Below are positions 10,552 through 22,957 of a DNA stretch of 64,000 bases, piece by piece; within the stretch, counting starts at the first letter, position 1, and each line of letters starts with the position of its first letter. The position numbers and the translations under genes were made by a program. The stretch is from Snowella sp. (GTDB lineage: Bacteria; Cyanobacteriota; Cyanobacteriia; Cyanobacteriales; Microcystaceae). The stretch is taken from assembly GCA_035285545.1 (NCBI GenBank), contig JAYKGY010000021.1, forward strand, positions 12,127-76,126, read 5' to 3'. The notes below the pieces were generated by a model, which was given only the letters and a program-made list of their open reading frames with translations, was not told the DNA's origin and made no database searches.

Positions 10552-11676
10552 ATGCTAAGTTCCTTTGAGATAAGTAATTTTAGGCTTTTCCAACATTTAG
10601 AAGTTGAAAAGTTGAGTCGGGTCAACTTAGTAGTTGGCAAAAATAACGCTGGAAAGAGTACGTTCCTTGAAGCCGTAGAGCTTTATGCTAGCAATGCTTC
10701 TACTACTCTCCTCCTTGATCTTATAGAGGCTAGACAGGAATCGTGGTTTAGTGAAGCTCACCCTTTTTCTGAAAATTTCCTAAGCAATCCCGTCAGGCAT
10801 CTTTTCTTCGGATATCGTTTACCTATGATAGGGGAAGTAGGTATTTCTCTCGGAGAAGTTTCCTCAAATAAAAAGATTCATATTACTACGGCTGCTTATC
10901 AGGATAAAATTGATGACGAAGGCAACATACGCAGAACTCGTTTATCAAATTCTCAAATTGATGAAGAGATTTCTGATATTGAGTTTTTTTTGATAGCAGA
11001 AGAAGGCGAGAAAACTAGAAGGCTCTTCAGATTAAATAGGGACTTGAGAGATGCTCGGCGAAGTAATAGAATTATCTACGGTCGGCAAGAATCAGAGGTT
11101 AAATACACTTGGCAGATTGTCTCAACAAATAATATGCCTAATCATAAGTTAGCCGCGCTTTGGGATTTAACGGGTTTGACAAATTTAGGATCTGAAGTAA
11201 TTTCTGCTCTTGGTTTGATTGATAATCGAGTTTCCAATATTGCTTTTGTAGAGGATATTAGCAGAGGCCGGTCAAGTGATAACCGGATTCCTCTAGTCAA
11301 AATTGAAGGAATAAATGAACCTTTACCCCTTAAAAGCATGGGGGATGGGATAACTCGCTTATTCCACATAATTGTTGCGCTCGTTAATGCTCAAAATGGG
11401 CTTCTCTTAATTGATGAATTTGAAAATGGACTGCATTGGAGCGTTCAACCAAAAGTTTGGGATATTGTTTTTCGATTGTCAGAAAGATTAAATGTCCAAG
11501 TTTTTGCAACTACTCATAGTCGCGATTGTATAGAAGGATTTGACAGTGCTTGGAATAATTACCCTGAACTGGGAGCTTTCTTTCGGCTTGACGTAAAAGA
11601 TGATTATATAAGAGCAACCGAGTACACTTCTGAGACTCTGACTGATGCTATTGACATGGATGTAGAAGTTCGGTGA
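10552..11676 (+). CDS. ABC-type ATPase (AAA_15/AAA_21-like)
   Basis: Walker A GKNNAGKS, signature-like SMGDG, Walker B LLLIDEFENGLH, H-loop ATTHS; no TM. Confidence 0.9.
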   Translation: MLSSFEISNFRLFQHLEVEKLSRVNLVVGKNNAGKSTFLEAVELYASNASTTLLLDLIEARQESWFSEAHPFSENFLSNPVRHLFFGYRLPMIGEVGISLGEVSSNKKIHITTAAYQDKIDDEGNIRRTRLSNSQIDEEISDIEFFLIAEEGEKTRRLFRLNRDLRDARRSNRIIYGRQESEVKYTWQIVSTNNMPNHKLAALWDLTGLTNLGSEVISALGLIDNRVSNIAFVEDISRGRSSDNRIPLVKIEGINEPLPLKSMGDGITRLFHIIVALVNAQNGLLLIDEFENGLHWSVQPKVWDIVFRLSERLNVQVFATTHSRDCIEGFDSAWNNYPELGAFFRLDVKDDYIRATEYTSETLTDAIDMDVEVR

Positions 11677-12320
11677 GCAACATGAGTGATGTTTGTAAAC
11701 AAGATACGGATAAAGTTCTGCTAGTTGAAGGAGATAATGATTGTCACGTTGTTATGTCCTTGTGTAAAGCTCACACTGTTCCTCAAACTTTTGGTATATA
11801 TCAATGTGGCTCAGACACAGGAGTTCTCAAGCGGTTAAATGCTCTCATTACGAGATCTAATCCTCCCCAAGTAATTGGTGTGATGCTTGATGCCGATAAT
11901 CCTTCTATCACAAGTAGGTGGGACAGCATAAAAAGTAAGTTAAGGCATTATAGTGGTTATTCACTTCCTCAAAATCCTGATTCTGATGGCACAGTAATTC
12001 AAGGGACTTTGAATATACCTAAGTTAGGATTCTGGCTTATGCCCAATAATCAAGATTCTGGAATGCTGGAAGACTTTTGTGCAGAGCTTGCTGAACCAGT
12101 ATCCCTAGCGTTTGCAAGAGAATGTGTTGAACAGGCACAATTAAGGGGTACAACAACTTTTAAAGCAGTTCATCGTAGTAAAGCAATTATCCATACATAT
12201 CTTGCTTGGCAAGATGAACCAGGTTATCCATTAGGTAGATCAATCACAACACAAGCTCTTCGTCCTCACACAGACATTGCAGTAAAATTTACTAACTGGT
12301 TAACCACTTTGTTTGCATAA
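11673..12320 (+). CDS. DUF3226-family TOPRIM-like protein
   Basis: LLVEGDND, MLDAD, WLMPNNQDSGMLEDF, KAIIHTYLAWQDEPG motifs; GTGA overlap with the ATPase stop. Confidence 0.8.
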   Translation: MSNMSDVCKQDTDKVLLVEGDNDCHVVMSLCKAHTVPQTFGIYQCGSDTGVLKRLNALITRSNPPQVIGVMLDADNPSITSRWDSIKSKLRHYSGYSLPQNPDSDGTVIQGTLNIPKLGFWLMPNNQDSGMLEDFCAELAEPVSLAFARECVEQAQLRGTTTFKAVHRSKAIIHTYLAWQDEPGYPLGRSITTQALRPHTDIAVKFTNWLTTLFA

Positions 12321-12463
12321 ATCTTAAACAATCGGCTCTTAATAACCAATTTAGGTGAGGACGTACTCCAAGGGTAAAAAAATAGAAGGTTTCAAAGATT
12401 CTTTTGTTCAAGAGATTGATCGAAATATCTTAACAAAAACTTAGACCAATCAATAACTCGCAT

Positions 12464-12889
12464 TCATAAAAATAAAAACAGCATGAAAGCTTGTTTGATA
12501 ATTGAATCTTGATCAACCATTGTTTTTAATGTTGAAGCATCATAAATTCCGCCAAACGCTTCTAAAGCCGCATTATCTAAAGCACGCTGAAAAGCTTCCC
12601 TTAAGGTTTCTTCTAATTCTTGGGGAGCTAAATAATAGCCACCCGCTTTGCGACGTTTATTAATTCGCTCAATCGAATCCGTTGCATTACGGATAGAGAC
12701 ATCCCAAGAATGGGTCGTTCTTTTTTCTGCTTGTTGTTTAATCAGATGAACTAACAATACAATACAATAACTATAAATCTTGTTGATTTTATCTTCCTTG
12801 CTCATTTCCTCCATTTCATCAATTAAAGATAGGGCCGCTTCTACGTTGCCAGCTATCACAAACTGCTTTAATTCCAGTAATTCTTCCAT
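12464..12889 (-). CDS. DUF29-family protein
   Basis: EEMSKEDKINKIYSY, LLVHLIKQQAEKRTTHSW pattern. Confidence 0.75.
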   Translation of the reverse strand: MEELLELKQFVIAGNVEAALSLIDEMEEMSKEDKINKIYSYCIVLLVHLIKQQAEKRTTHSWDVSIRNATDSIERINKRRKAGGYYLAPQELEETLREAFQRALDNAALEAFGGIYDASTLKTMVDQDSIIKQAFMLFLFL

Positions 12890-12968
12890 TGCTTTTAGTT
12901 TCCTAATTGCTCAAATTTAAGGAAATCAACGATCCTTATTTTTAGCATCCTTAAAACTTAATTCCAAT

Positions 12969-13346
12969 TTAGCTTTTTGCTTTTTGAGCTTGAAATTTTT
13001 CCCAAGCGGCTTCTTTTCCCTGTGGCGCAGGCAATTGGTTAATTCTATGCTTTAAAGCTTGATTTTGCTCTTGATAATAGTTCTGTAAATCTTCTGCTTC
13101 TTTCAAAACCTGTTGATATTCAGTTTCTACCTCAGCAGAATGATCAGCAATGTAAGCCAGAGCGACGTTTATTTGTTCATCCGTTAACCCCAAAATAGAA
13201 GCGATAAAGGGCGCAGGATATTGAGCTTTAACATAATCTAAAACATCGTACAGGGTGATACGAGTTCCTGAAATACTCAAACCACGCTCAGTAGCAATGA
13301 TTTGACTTTTTTTGATAGATACTGAAGTCATAGAATAAATTCCCAT
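12969..13346 (-). CDS. DUF433-family protein (VapB45-like antitoxin fold)
   Basis: GLSISGTRITLYDV, LTDEQINVALAY. Confidence 0.85.
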   Translation of the reverse strand: MGIYSMTSVSIKKSQIIATERGLSISGTRITLYDVLDYVKAQYPAPFIASILGLTDEQINVALAYIADHSAEVETEYQQVLKEAEDLQNYYQEQNQALKHRINQLPAPQGKEAAWEKFQAQKAKS

Positions 13347-13434
13347 TTCTGAGGAGCGTACTTGTAGCCTATCATCCTAATTAATCTTTGGCTAATTAAT
13401 TAAAATGAAAAGATGGGCTTAAGAAAAATTAAAT

Positions 13435-14565
13435 TTAACGTCCTAGAGTTAACTCTTCTTTTTTACCTAAAATGCCTTGAGGTCGCCAAACCATTAAGAC
13501 CATTAAAATTAAACCGATGACCATAATCCGAAAAGCACCAATTTGGCTTTGGTCGAACCAACCTAACTGGGGTAAAAAAGAACGGGTTAAGGCATCATAG
13601 GCCCAGAAAATAATCGCGCCTAAAATGGTTCCTGCATTACTCCCTGAACCACCCAAAACAACAATAATCCATGCATTAAAGGTTAATAACGGCTCAAAGT
13701 TATTGGGATAAATGGTTGTTAGTTGCCAGGCGAAAAAGCTCCCTGCAATTCCCGCGATCGCGCCCCCTAACATAAAGGACTGAAGCTTATACCAAAACAC
13801 ATTTTTTCCTAACGCTTTGGGGATTTCCTCATCTTCTCGAATTGCCTTTAAAATCCGTCCCCAGGGTGAATTAACTACAAATTCTAAACCCGTATAAATG
13901 AGAGCTAACATTCCCAAAGTTAATAACATTAACCCCGCTTTGTAGCTGTAGTTATAAAGGGAAATAACCCCTGGAATATAGGCAAATAAAATTAAAACAG
14001 TGGCGATAATCCCCCAGGTAATTAATGCCGCAGGTTTGCGGGGTTGAAAGCTTTTTTTTGTGATTGATTGGCTTTCTTTCCACTGACGTGATAAGCTCCG
14101 CCATAATAACCATTCTGCATAGACAGCCAGGAAAGTTAATAAAGCAATAAAAATCAATTTAACGAATAAATTCGGCTCAAAATCAAAGGGTAAGGGATAA
14201 CGCTGAACCCCAAACGCCCCTTTAGTAATTTCTTCTTCATTAAGAGCAACCAGACGAACTAACTCCGATACCCCAATGGTGACGATCGCAAGATAATCTT
14301 CCCGCAGCCGTAGGGTAGACGTACCAATTAATAAGCCCAGTAGGGAGGATAAAACGATACCGACAATGACCGAAATAATTAAGGGAACACCTTGTAGGGT
14401 TAACAACGCAGTTGCATAGGCTCCGATGGTCATAAATGCCACATGGCCAAAATTAATTAGCCCCGTAAAGCCCCATTGCAGATTGAGTCCCAAGGCAAAA
14501 ATGGCATATATCGCCGTCGAAGTCAGCAAAAAGATGAGATAACCACTACTGGAGAACAGATCCAT
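13435..14565 (-). CDS. natC: Branched-chain/neutral amino acid ABC transporter permease (LivM/NatC type)
   Basis: GLNLQWGFTGLINFGH, LRLREDYLAIVT, SPWGRILKAIREDE. Confidence 0.8.
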   Translation of the reverse strand: MDLFSSSGYLIFLLTSTAIYAIFALGLNLQWGFTGLINFGHVAFMTIGAYATALLTLQGVPLIISVIVGIVLSSLLGLLIGTSTLRLREDYLAIVTIGVSELVRLVALNEEEITKGAFGVQRYPLPFDFEPNLFVKLIFIALLTFLAVYAEWLLWRSLSRQWKESQSITKKSFQPRKPAALITWGIIATVLILFAYIPGVISLYNYSYKAGLMLLTLGMLALIYTGLEFVVNSPWGRILKAIREDEEIPKALGKNVFWYKLQSFMLGGAIAGIAGSFFAWQLTTIYPNNFEPLLTFNAWIIVVLGGSGSNAGTILGAIIFWAYDALTRSFLPQLGWFDQSQIGAFRIMVIGLILMVLMVWRPQGILGKKEELTLGR

Positions 14566-14857
14566 AAAAATTGAGGCTACAAACGTTAACAGTTAGAACA
14601 GACCAATCCTGAATCGGTTGTTAGCATTTAGGGTATATCATTTTGGCGGCTAGTCCTAGCGATAGATGGGGATTGGTTCGACAAAGTTAGAATGATTGAT
14701 GATTCTAAATTAATCTGGATTTGGCGATTTCAAGGACAAAAAAACTAAATCCCCCTGATTAATCAAGAGATATATTTTACCCAGCTTAGGGATAAAAGCT
14801 AACTCTCGCCATAGCGGGGGATTAAAACAGCTTATAAAAAAGAAATGATTAAAGGGA

Positions 14858-16130
<1,273 letters not shown>

Positions 16131-16388
16131 TCAAAATAAAAGATAGTTTTGTCTGACCATACAATACCATCGAGCGGTTATTTGTGGTAAATCTTTCCTC
16201 CTCATTCAATAAATTATGCGGGTTTTAGGATTTATCTCAAAAATTAAGCCATTTAATTAATCCTATTAAAAATCACGGCATTATTCATAAAACAATCCCT
16301 GTTTTAAAAAACTTAAAAGATTGCGCTAAAAATCCGTTAAACTGACATTACAGATTTATTCATTCCCCAAAAAAGGCGCGGAAATCCT

Positions 16389-17978
16389 ATGTCTCTCGGC
16401 TATGTTGCCCTCGTCCTTCATGCTCACTTACCCTTCGTCCGACACCCCGAAAGTGACTACGTGTTGGAAGAAGAATGGCTCTATGAAGCGATTACCGAAA
16501 CCTATATTCCTCTGTTGCATGTTTTTGAAGGATTAAAGCGAGACGGAATCGATTTCAAAATGACCATGAGCATGACCCCGCCCCTGGTCTCCATGCTCCG
16601 AGATCCGCTCCTCCAAGACCGCTACGACGAACACCTCAGTAAATTACAAGAATTAATCGAAAAAGAAATTGAACATAATGAACATAATGGGCATCTTAAA
16701 TATTTAGCGGAATATTACCAAAAAGAATTTGCTCTCGTCCGTCAAACCTGGGAACGCTGCGATCGCGATCTGGTTAAAGCCTTTAAACAATTCTTGGATT
16801 CCAATAACCTAGAAATTCTGACCTGTGGCGCGACTCACGGCTATTTTCCCTTAATGAAAATGTATCCCCAGGCCGTCTGGTCACAAATTAAGGTAGCCTG
16901 CGAACACTACGAAGAAAGCTTTGGTCGTCCCCCCAAAGGTATCTGGTTGCCCGAATGTGCCTACTTTGAAGGGGTAGAAAGAATGTTAGCCGATGCAGGC
17001 TTGCGTTACTTCCTCGTCGATGGTCATGGCATTTTATACGCCCGTCCCCGTCCCCGATTTGGAACCTATGCCCCCATTTTTACGGAAACAGGTGTGGCAG
17101 CCTTTGGCCGAGATCACGAATCCTCTCAACAAGTCTGGTCATCTCAAGTCGGCTATCCAGGCGATCCCGAATATCGAGAATTTTATAAAGATTTGGGTTG
17201 GGAAGCAGAATACGAATACATCAAGCCCTACATCATGCCCAACGGCCAACGGAAAAATATTGGTATTAAGTACCACAAGATCACCAGTCGCCAAGCAGGA
17301 CTCTCTGATAAGGCCTTGTACGATCCCTATTGGGCAAAGGAAAAGGCCGCCGAACACGCCGCCAACTTTATGTACAACCGCGAACGGCAGGTCGAACACC
17401 TAGCAGGAATGATGCAACGTCCGCCCATTGTGGTTTCTCCCTACGATGCCGAGCTATTTGGCCATTGGTGGTACGAAGGCCCTTGGTTTATTGACTACCT
17501 TTTCCGTAAAGCTTGGTACGACCAAAACACCTTTGACATGACCCATCTGGCGGATTATCTACGAGCCAATCCCACCCAGCAAGTCTGCCGTCCTTCCCAA
17601 TCCAGTTGGGGTTATAAAGGATTTCATGAATATTGGTTAAACGATACCAACGCTTGGATTTATCCCCATTTACACAAAGCGGCCGAACGCATGATCGAGA
17701 TCAGTCACCGAGAAGCGGCCGATGAATTGGAAGAACGGGCCTTAAATCAAGCCGCACGGGAATTATTACTGGCTCAATCTTCTGACTGGGCTTTTATCAT
17801 GCGAACCGGCACGATGGTTCCCTATGCAGTCCGCCGCACCCGTTCCCATTTACTGCGCTTTGATAAATTGTATGAAGATATTAAAGCCAATAAAGTTGAT
17901 TCCGGTTGGTTGGTAAACGTAGAAGCAATGGATAATATTTTCCCCAATATTGATTACCGTGTTTATCGCCCGCTATAA
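16389..17978 (+). CDS. Glycoside hydrolase family 57 (1,4-alpha-glucan branching enzyme type)
   Basis: LHAHLPFVRHP, GIWLPEC, PYDAELFGHWW, AQSSDW motifs. Confidence 0.92.
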   Translation: MSLGYVALVLHAHLPFVRHPESDYVLEEEWLYEAITETYIPLLHVFEGLKRDGIDFKMTMSMTPPLVSMLRDPLLQDRYDEHLSKLQELIEKEIEHNEHNGHLKYLAEYYQKEFALVRQTWERCDRDLVKAFKQFLDSNNLEILTCGATHGYFPLMKMYPQAVWSQIKVACEHYEESFGRPPKGIWLPECAYFEGVERMLADAGLRYFLVDGHGILYARPRPRFGTYAPIFTETGVAAFGRDHESSQQVWSSQVGYPGDPEYREFYKDLGWEAEYEYIKPYIMPNGQRKNIGIKYHKITSRQAGLSDKALYDPYWAKEKAAEHAANFMYNRERQVEHLAGMMQRPPIVVSPYDAELFGHWWYEGPWFIDYLFRKAWYDQNTFDMTHLADYLRANPTQQVCRPSQSSWGYKGFHEYWLNDTNAWIYPHLHKAAERMIEISHREAADELEERALNQAARELLLAQSSDWAFIMRTGTMVPYAVRRTRSHLLRFDKLYEDIKANKVDSGWLVNVEAMDNIFPNIDYRVYRPL

Positions 17979-18016
17979 CGTGATTTATGACAATATTTTG
18001 TTCAATATCTATTAAC

Positions 18017-18039
18017 AAGGGGTTAAATCCCCTTTTTTT
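18017..18039 (+). terminator. Probable intrinsic terminator after GH57
   Basis: AAGGGG-TTAAAT-CCCCTT followed by a T run. Confidence 0.6.
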
Positions 18040-18179
18040 ATGAGGAATAAGCAAATTTTTACTTCTATGCTTTTATATGCAAATTAATCAATCATTGTTA
18101 TTTAAAGTTGTCGAGAAATTCGGTTGCAGAATGGAATAGATGACCCCGAAAATGCGACAATGATGGCTCATGTGTATAA

Positions 18180-19379
18180 ATGTCACTGGCAATGAGTCTG
18201 AATTGGTTTAGTCGTCGTGCGGATCGTTTAAAAGCTCTTCCTCCCTATGTGTTTGCTCGGTTGGATGAATTGAAGGCAAAAGCAAGAGAGCAAGGTTTAG
18301 ACTTAATTGATTTGGGGATGGGAAATCCTGACGGTTTGGCCCCGAAACCCGCGATCGATGCTGCGATTGAATCTTTGTCTTCACTTCAGACTCACGGTTA
18401 TCCACCTTTTGAGGGAACGGAGAGTTTTCGCCAAAGTATTGCCCAATGGTATCTACGTCGTTATGGGGTTGAGCTTGACCCTAACACAGAAGCCTTACCC
18501 CTAGTGGGTTCCAAAGAAGGCTTGGGTCATTTAGCCCTGGCTTATATTAATCCTGGGGATGTGATTTTAGTTCCCAATCCCTCCTATCCGGTACATTTTC
18601 GTGGCCCAGCGATCGCCGGAGCTAAGATCCATCATTTGATGTTAAAACCCGAAAATAATTGGGTAATTGATCTGAGTGCGATTCCTGAAGATGTGGCCCG
18701 CCAAGCCAAGATTCTTTTCTTTAACTATCCCAATAACCCTACCAGTGCAACGGCTCCGAGGGAATTTTTTGAAGAGGTGGTTAAGTGGGCCCATCATTAT
18801 GAAGTGATGTTGGTGCATGACCTCTGCTATGCGGAATTAGCCTTTGATGGTTATCAACCCACCAGTTTATTAGAAATTCCCAAGGCAAAAGAATTAAGCG
18901 TAGAGTTTCATACCCTGTCTAAGACCTATACAATGGCGGGCTGGCGTGTGGGGTTTGTCGTCGGCAATACGGAAATTATTCAAGGGTTGCGTACCCTAAA
19001 AACCAATTTTGACTACGGGATTTTTCGCGCTATCCAAAAAGCCGCAGAAACAGCGTTACAGTTACCCGAAAGTTATATTCAAGAAACCCAAGACCGCTAT
19101 CGAGAACGGCGAGACTTTTTGCTCAACGGTTTAAAAGAACTGGGTTGGCAGATGGAGCCTTCTAAGGCCACGATGTATCTTTGGGTCCCCTGTCCTGGGG
19201 GAATGACTTCAGCCGATTTTGCCCTCAAGGTGTTAGAAACCACAGGAGTCGTCTTTACGCCAGGAAATGCCTTTGGAGAAGGAGGCGAGGGGTATGTTCG
19301 GATTAGTTTGATTGCCGATCGCGATCGCTTAGGAGAAGCCTTAGATCGGTTGAAAAATGCCGGAATTCGCTATCACTAA
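18180..19379 (+). CDS. Class I/II PLP aminotransferase (aspartate / LL-DAP aminotransferase-like)
   Basis: NYPNNPT, HDLCY, SKTYTMAGWRVG; start may be the ATG at 18192. Confidence 0.9.
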   Translation: MSLAMSLNWFSRRADRLKALPPYVFARLDELKAKAREQGLDLIDLGMGNPDGLAPKPAIDAAIESLSSLQTHGYPPFEGTESFRQSIAQWYLRRYGVELDPNTEALPLVGSKEGLGHLALAYINPGDVILVPNPSYPVHFRGPAIAGAKIHHLMLKPENNWVIDLSAIPEDVARQAKILFFNYPNNPTSATAPREFFEEVVKWAHHYEVMLVHDLCYAELAFDGYQPTSLLEIPKAKELSVEFHTLSKTYTMAGWRVGFVVGNTEIIQGLRTLKTNFDYGIFRAIQKAAETALQLPESYIQETQDRYRERRDFLLNGLKELGWQMEPSKATMYLWVPCPGGMTSADFALKVLETTGVVFTPGNAFGEGGEGYVRISLIADRDRLGEALDRLKNAGIRYH

Positions 19380-19480
19380 ACTGACTTAAAGCTCAAAGCA
19401 GATCCAAAACAGGGATTATTTATATTGTACGGATCGAAGTAATGCACTGAGTTAAAAGTTTCAATGATGATATTGCTTTC

Positions 19481-20551
19481 CTACCCAAACCCTTTGCCTC
19501 GCATTGACTGTTTCCACACTAATAGCTCTCCCTGTTGCCCAGCCGTTGCTAAGGCTGTTCCCTCACCATTCCAACTTAAAGCAGAAAAACCGTTGGAAGC
19601 CCCCTGAAGCCGCTGAGAAATTTGATTCGCTTGATGCCACAGGTAAATCCAGCCATCTTTTGAGGCAGAAGCTAACAAATGTGAATTCGGTTGAAACGCG
19701 ATCGCGGTTACGGTGTCATGGTGTTGAGCAAGCACCTGAGCAGACCAACCCATTGAGGGATCGGCGACTTTTCTCCAAATGACAATTCCATCTGCGCTGA
19801 CAGAAGCTAGAATGGGCGGATCGTCTGGGGTTACGGGGGTTGACCAGGCAAGCTGTCGTACCTTGCCAGGAAAACCTTGCATTCGCCAAGGATAAGGATT
19901 GTTCCATTCCCAGACCAGTAGGGAGCGATCATTATTTCCAGAGGCTAAGTAGTTGCCCTCCGGTGACCAGGCGATCGCCACACTTGCGCTGGCGGTTTCT
20001 AAAATGGCTGGGTCATCATGCCAATTTTGTCGATGCCAAATTTTGATGCTTTGGTTCCCGCTAACGGCTAAATACTCTCCTTGAAGCCCCCATAGGAGAT
20101 CTAAGACAGACGAATCGACAAAGTTGAGGGTCGTGACAAGGGTTTGGCTTAAGGCATCCCACACATAGACATAGCGACCAGCACTAAAGGCTAACTCTGG
20201 GTGACTAGGATTCCATTGTAGGCGATCAATCCACTGGGAAGAATAGGTTAATTTTGCAATAATTTGAGGAAAATCACCGTTAATTTGCCAAATCAAAACG
20301 GTTCCTGATTGCCCTGCCGATGCCAGAAAATGACCGTCATGGGAAATCGACAGGGTATTCATCGATTGGTCATGGGCGGGTTGTAGGGTAATAGCATCCC
20401 CATTGTCCGCTTGGCATAGTACGACTTCTCCCGCTGTCGAGCAAACCGCCACACGGGTATCATCCGGTGTCCAGGCGATCACCGTTACATAATCCGATAG
20501 CATAGCTTGCCACGAAAGTTGGAGAAAATTTCGCGTTTTAATCTTAGACAT
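19481..20551 (-). CDS. WD40-repeat protein
   Basis: Repeated ASAGQSGTVLIW / ASGNNDRSLLVW / ASASKDGWIYLW units; 23 nt downstream of the COG0523 gene. Confidence 0.9.
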   Translation of the reverse strand: MSKIKTRNFLQLSWQAMLSDYVTVIAWTPDDTRVAVCSTAGEVVLCQADNGDAITLQPAHDQSMNTLSISHDGHFLASAGQSGTVLIWQINGDFPQIIAKLTYSSQWIDRLQWNPSHPELAFSAGRYVYVWDALSQTLVTTLNFVDSSVLDLLWGLQGEYLAVSGNQSIKIWHRQNWHDDPAILETASASVAIAWSPEGNYLASGNNDRSLLVWEWNNPYPWRMQGFPGKVRQLAWSTPVTPDDPPILASVSADGIVIWRKVADPSMGWSAQVLAQHHDTVTAIAFQPNSHLLASASKDGWIYLWHQANQISQRLQGASNGFSALSWNGEGTALATAGQQGELLVWKQSMRGKGFG

Positions 20552-20574
20552 AGATTTTTATTTGCTTAAAACCT

Positions 20575-21552
20575 TTATTCTTCTACCAAACAAGCTCTAA
20601 ATCCTTCTTCTAAGTTCATTCGCTCTAGGTTGCGACCAATGAATACCAACTCATTTTTTCGTTCTTCCTGCGATCGCCAAGGCCGATCCTGACAGCCATC
20701 CAAGAGCATGTGAATCCCTTGAAAAACGAAGCGACAGTCTTCCTCTGCAATATTGAGAATGCCTTTCATGCGAAAAATGTCGGTGCCTTGGTTCCGTAAG
20801 AGTTCACTGAGCCATTGATGAAGTTTCTCCCCATCTACCGCCCCTGACGCGACCAGAGCGACGGATCGGACAGTTTCATCATGTTCATGGGCAGCTTCGT
20901 TCAGCAGTTCAGGGTCAATTTGTAGGGCATTGTTAAGGTCAAAGGCTCGAATCCCTAAAAGTGCGTCCATTGAAAGTTGGGCATCACGGGTGCGGTAGAT
21001 CTGGGCGATCGCATTCATGCTACGAATACGCTGCTCTAGTTCCATCAGTTCCGCCTCAGTCACTAAATCGATCTTGTTCAATAAAATCACATCAGCAAAG
21101 GCGATCTGCTCCACCGCTTCATCAGCTTCCCAATGCTGCCATATATGGAGAGCATCTACGACCGTGACCACCGCGTCTAAATGGGTTTGGGTCTGTACTT
21201 CGTCATCCACAAAAAAAGTCTGAATAACGGGGGCAGGATCGGCCAGTCCAGTTGTTTCAATCACTAAATGGTCAAATTTATCGCGCCGCTTCATCAAGTT
21301 ACCAATGATGCGAATCAAATCCCCCCGCACAGTACAGCAAATACAGCCATTATTCATCTCAAAGATTTCTTCATCGGCATCTACCACCAACTGATTGTCA
21401 ATGCCCACTTCACCAAATTCATTAACGATCACCGCAACTTTTTTGCCATGTTCGTGGGTGAGAATACGGTTCAGCAGGGTGGTCTTTCCCGCTCCCAAAT
21501 AACCAGTCAATACGGTTACGGGTACCGTTGAGTAATTATCAGTGGCAATCAT
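20575..21552 (-). CDS. COG0523/CobW-family G3E GTPase (zinc metallochaperone type)
   Basis: GYLGAGKT, GCICC metal motif, ETTGLADP, NKID, CobW C-terminal RMKG...FQGIH. Confidence 0.93.
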   Translation of the reverse strand: MIATDNYSTVPVTVLTGYLGAGKTTLLNRILTHEHGKKVAVIVNEFGEVGIDNQLVVDADEEIFEMNNGCICCTVRGDLIRIIGNLMKRRDKFDHLVIETTGLADPAPVIQTFFVDDEVQTQTHLDAVVTVVDALHIWQHWEADEAVEQIAFADVILLNKIDLVTEAELMELEQRIRSMNAIAQIYRTRDAQLSMDALLGIRAFDLNNALQIDPELLNEAAHEHDETVRSVALVASGAVDGEKLHQWLSELLRNQGTDIFRMKGILNIAEEDCRFVFQGIHMLLDGCQDRPWRSQEERKNELVFIGRNLERMNLEEGFRACLVEE

Positions 21553-21587
21553 AAATAATTCCTAACAATCAACAACTAATACAATAA

Positions 21588-21602
21588 TGATAATCATTAT
21601 CA
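21588..21602. promoter_or_regulatory. Zur box upstream of the COG0523-WD40 operon
   Basis: Perfect 7-1-7 palindrome TGATAAT-C-ATTATCA, matching the cyanobacterial Zur consensus. Confidence 0.9.
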
Positions 21603-21783
21603 CATTGAATTGAATTATTTAGAGCAACCTTAGCCCTAAAAACGTATTTTTTGCTATTTTTAATCATTTAAAGCACTAAATCAGTATTTAAAATAAGTAA
21701 TTGCTATTTTTCGGCTATTTCTTCCTATTTACCATGCAAAAACAAGATTCTTTTTTCATGAAAAGTGCCATACAATCAGAGAA

Positions 21784-21798
21784 TGATAATCATTCTCA
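21784..21798. promoter_or_regulatory. Zur box upstream of hemB-znuACB
   Basis: TGATAATCATTCTCA (1 mismatch), just downstream of a TACAAT -10 candidate (21771-21776) and 9 nt before the ATG. Confidence 0.85.
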
Positions 21799-21801
21799 TA
21801 A

Positions 21802-22878
<1,077 letters not shown>

Positions 22879-22957
22879 AAGAAATAGAGAATCAGGAATA
22901 GAAAAAGAATAAAGCTTTAATTTGTTTGATCAAATTATGAATTTTGAGAGTTTTTAG

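Noticed and set aside
10531..10568. GGAGG followed by an out-of-frame ATG (MGILYAKFL*) overlapping the ATPase start
   Set aside because: SD-ATG spacing is only 3 nt; insufficient evidence for a regulatory uORF
14747..14825. AATCCCCC...GGGGGATT inverted ends downstream of frr (possible MITE)
   Set aside because: Only ~8 bp, single copy in the window, no target duplication seen
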